This document shows, one piece after another, positions 1-64,000 of a stretch of 64,000 nt of DNA. The notes beneath the pieces were generated by a model. It ran no database searches and had not been told where the DNA came from. It saw only the letters and a program-made list of their open reading frames with translations. Numbering within the stretch: position 1 is the first letter of the stretch; each line of letters opens with the position of its first letter. The position numbers and the translations under genes are program-made. Source of the DNA: Euglena gracilis (taxonomy: Eukaryota); NCBI GenBank assembly GCA_039621445.1, contig CP154954.1, positions 7,628,634 to 7,692,633 of the forward strand, given 5' to 3'.

Positions 1-20
1 CTCGTGNNNNNNNNNNNNNN

Positions 21-64000
<63,980 letters not shown>

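Overview
Eukaryotic nuclear DNA, very probably from a euglenid (inferred from the intron types). The whole window lies inside one minus-strand gene, the HEAT-repeat translational activator GCN1. I reconstructed 33 short exons in one reading frame, with one junction near 58.7-60.3 kb unresolved; the gene continues beyond both ends of the window. Of 32 introns, 13 are GT-AG, 2 are GC-AG, 15 are non-conventional, 1 is a ~33.8 kb giant with complementary ends, and 1 is unresolved. The non-conventional introns are defined by a terminal stem (CAG..CTG, CGG..CCG, CCG..CGG or GGC..GCC) that starts 3 nt inside the 5' end and stops 5 nt (once 6 nt) before the 3' end. The introns hold many small TIR elements (MITEs). 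Most have CAG..CTG termini and 8-bp target-site duplications (TSDs), and three have empty sites in paralogous copies within the window. Main observation: 3+5 = 8, so splicing by the non-conventional rule would remove such a MITE plus exactly one TSD without a scar. Several introns still carry 6-7/8-identical TSD-like repeats, which points to hAT-type MITEs acting as intron generators. The giant intron also holds a 1.88-kb tandem array, diverged segmental duplicates and an unidentified intronless pseudogene. All exon structures were derived by hand, without RNA data.
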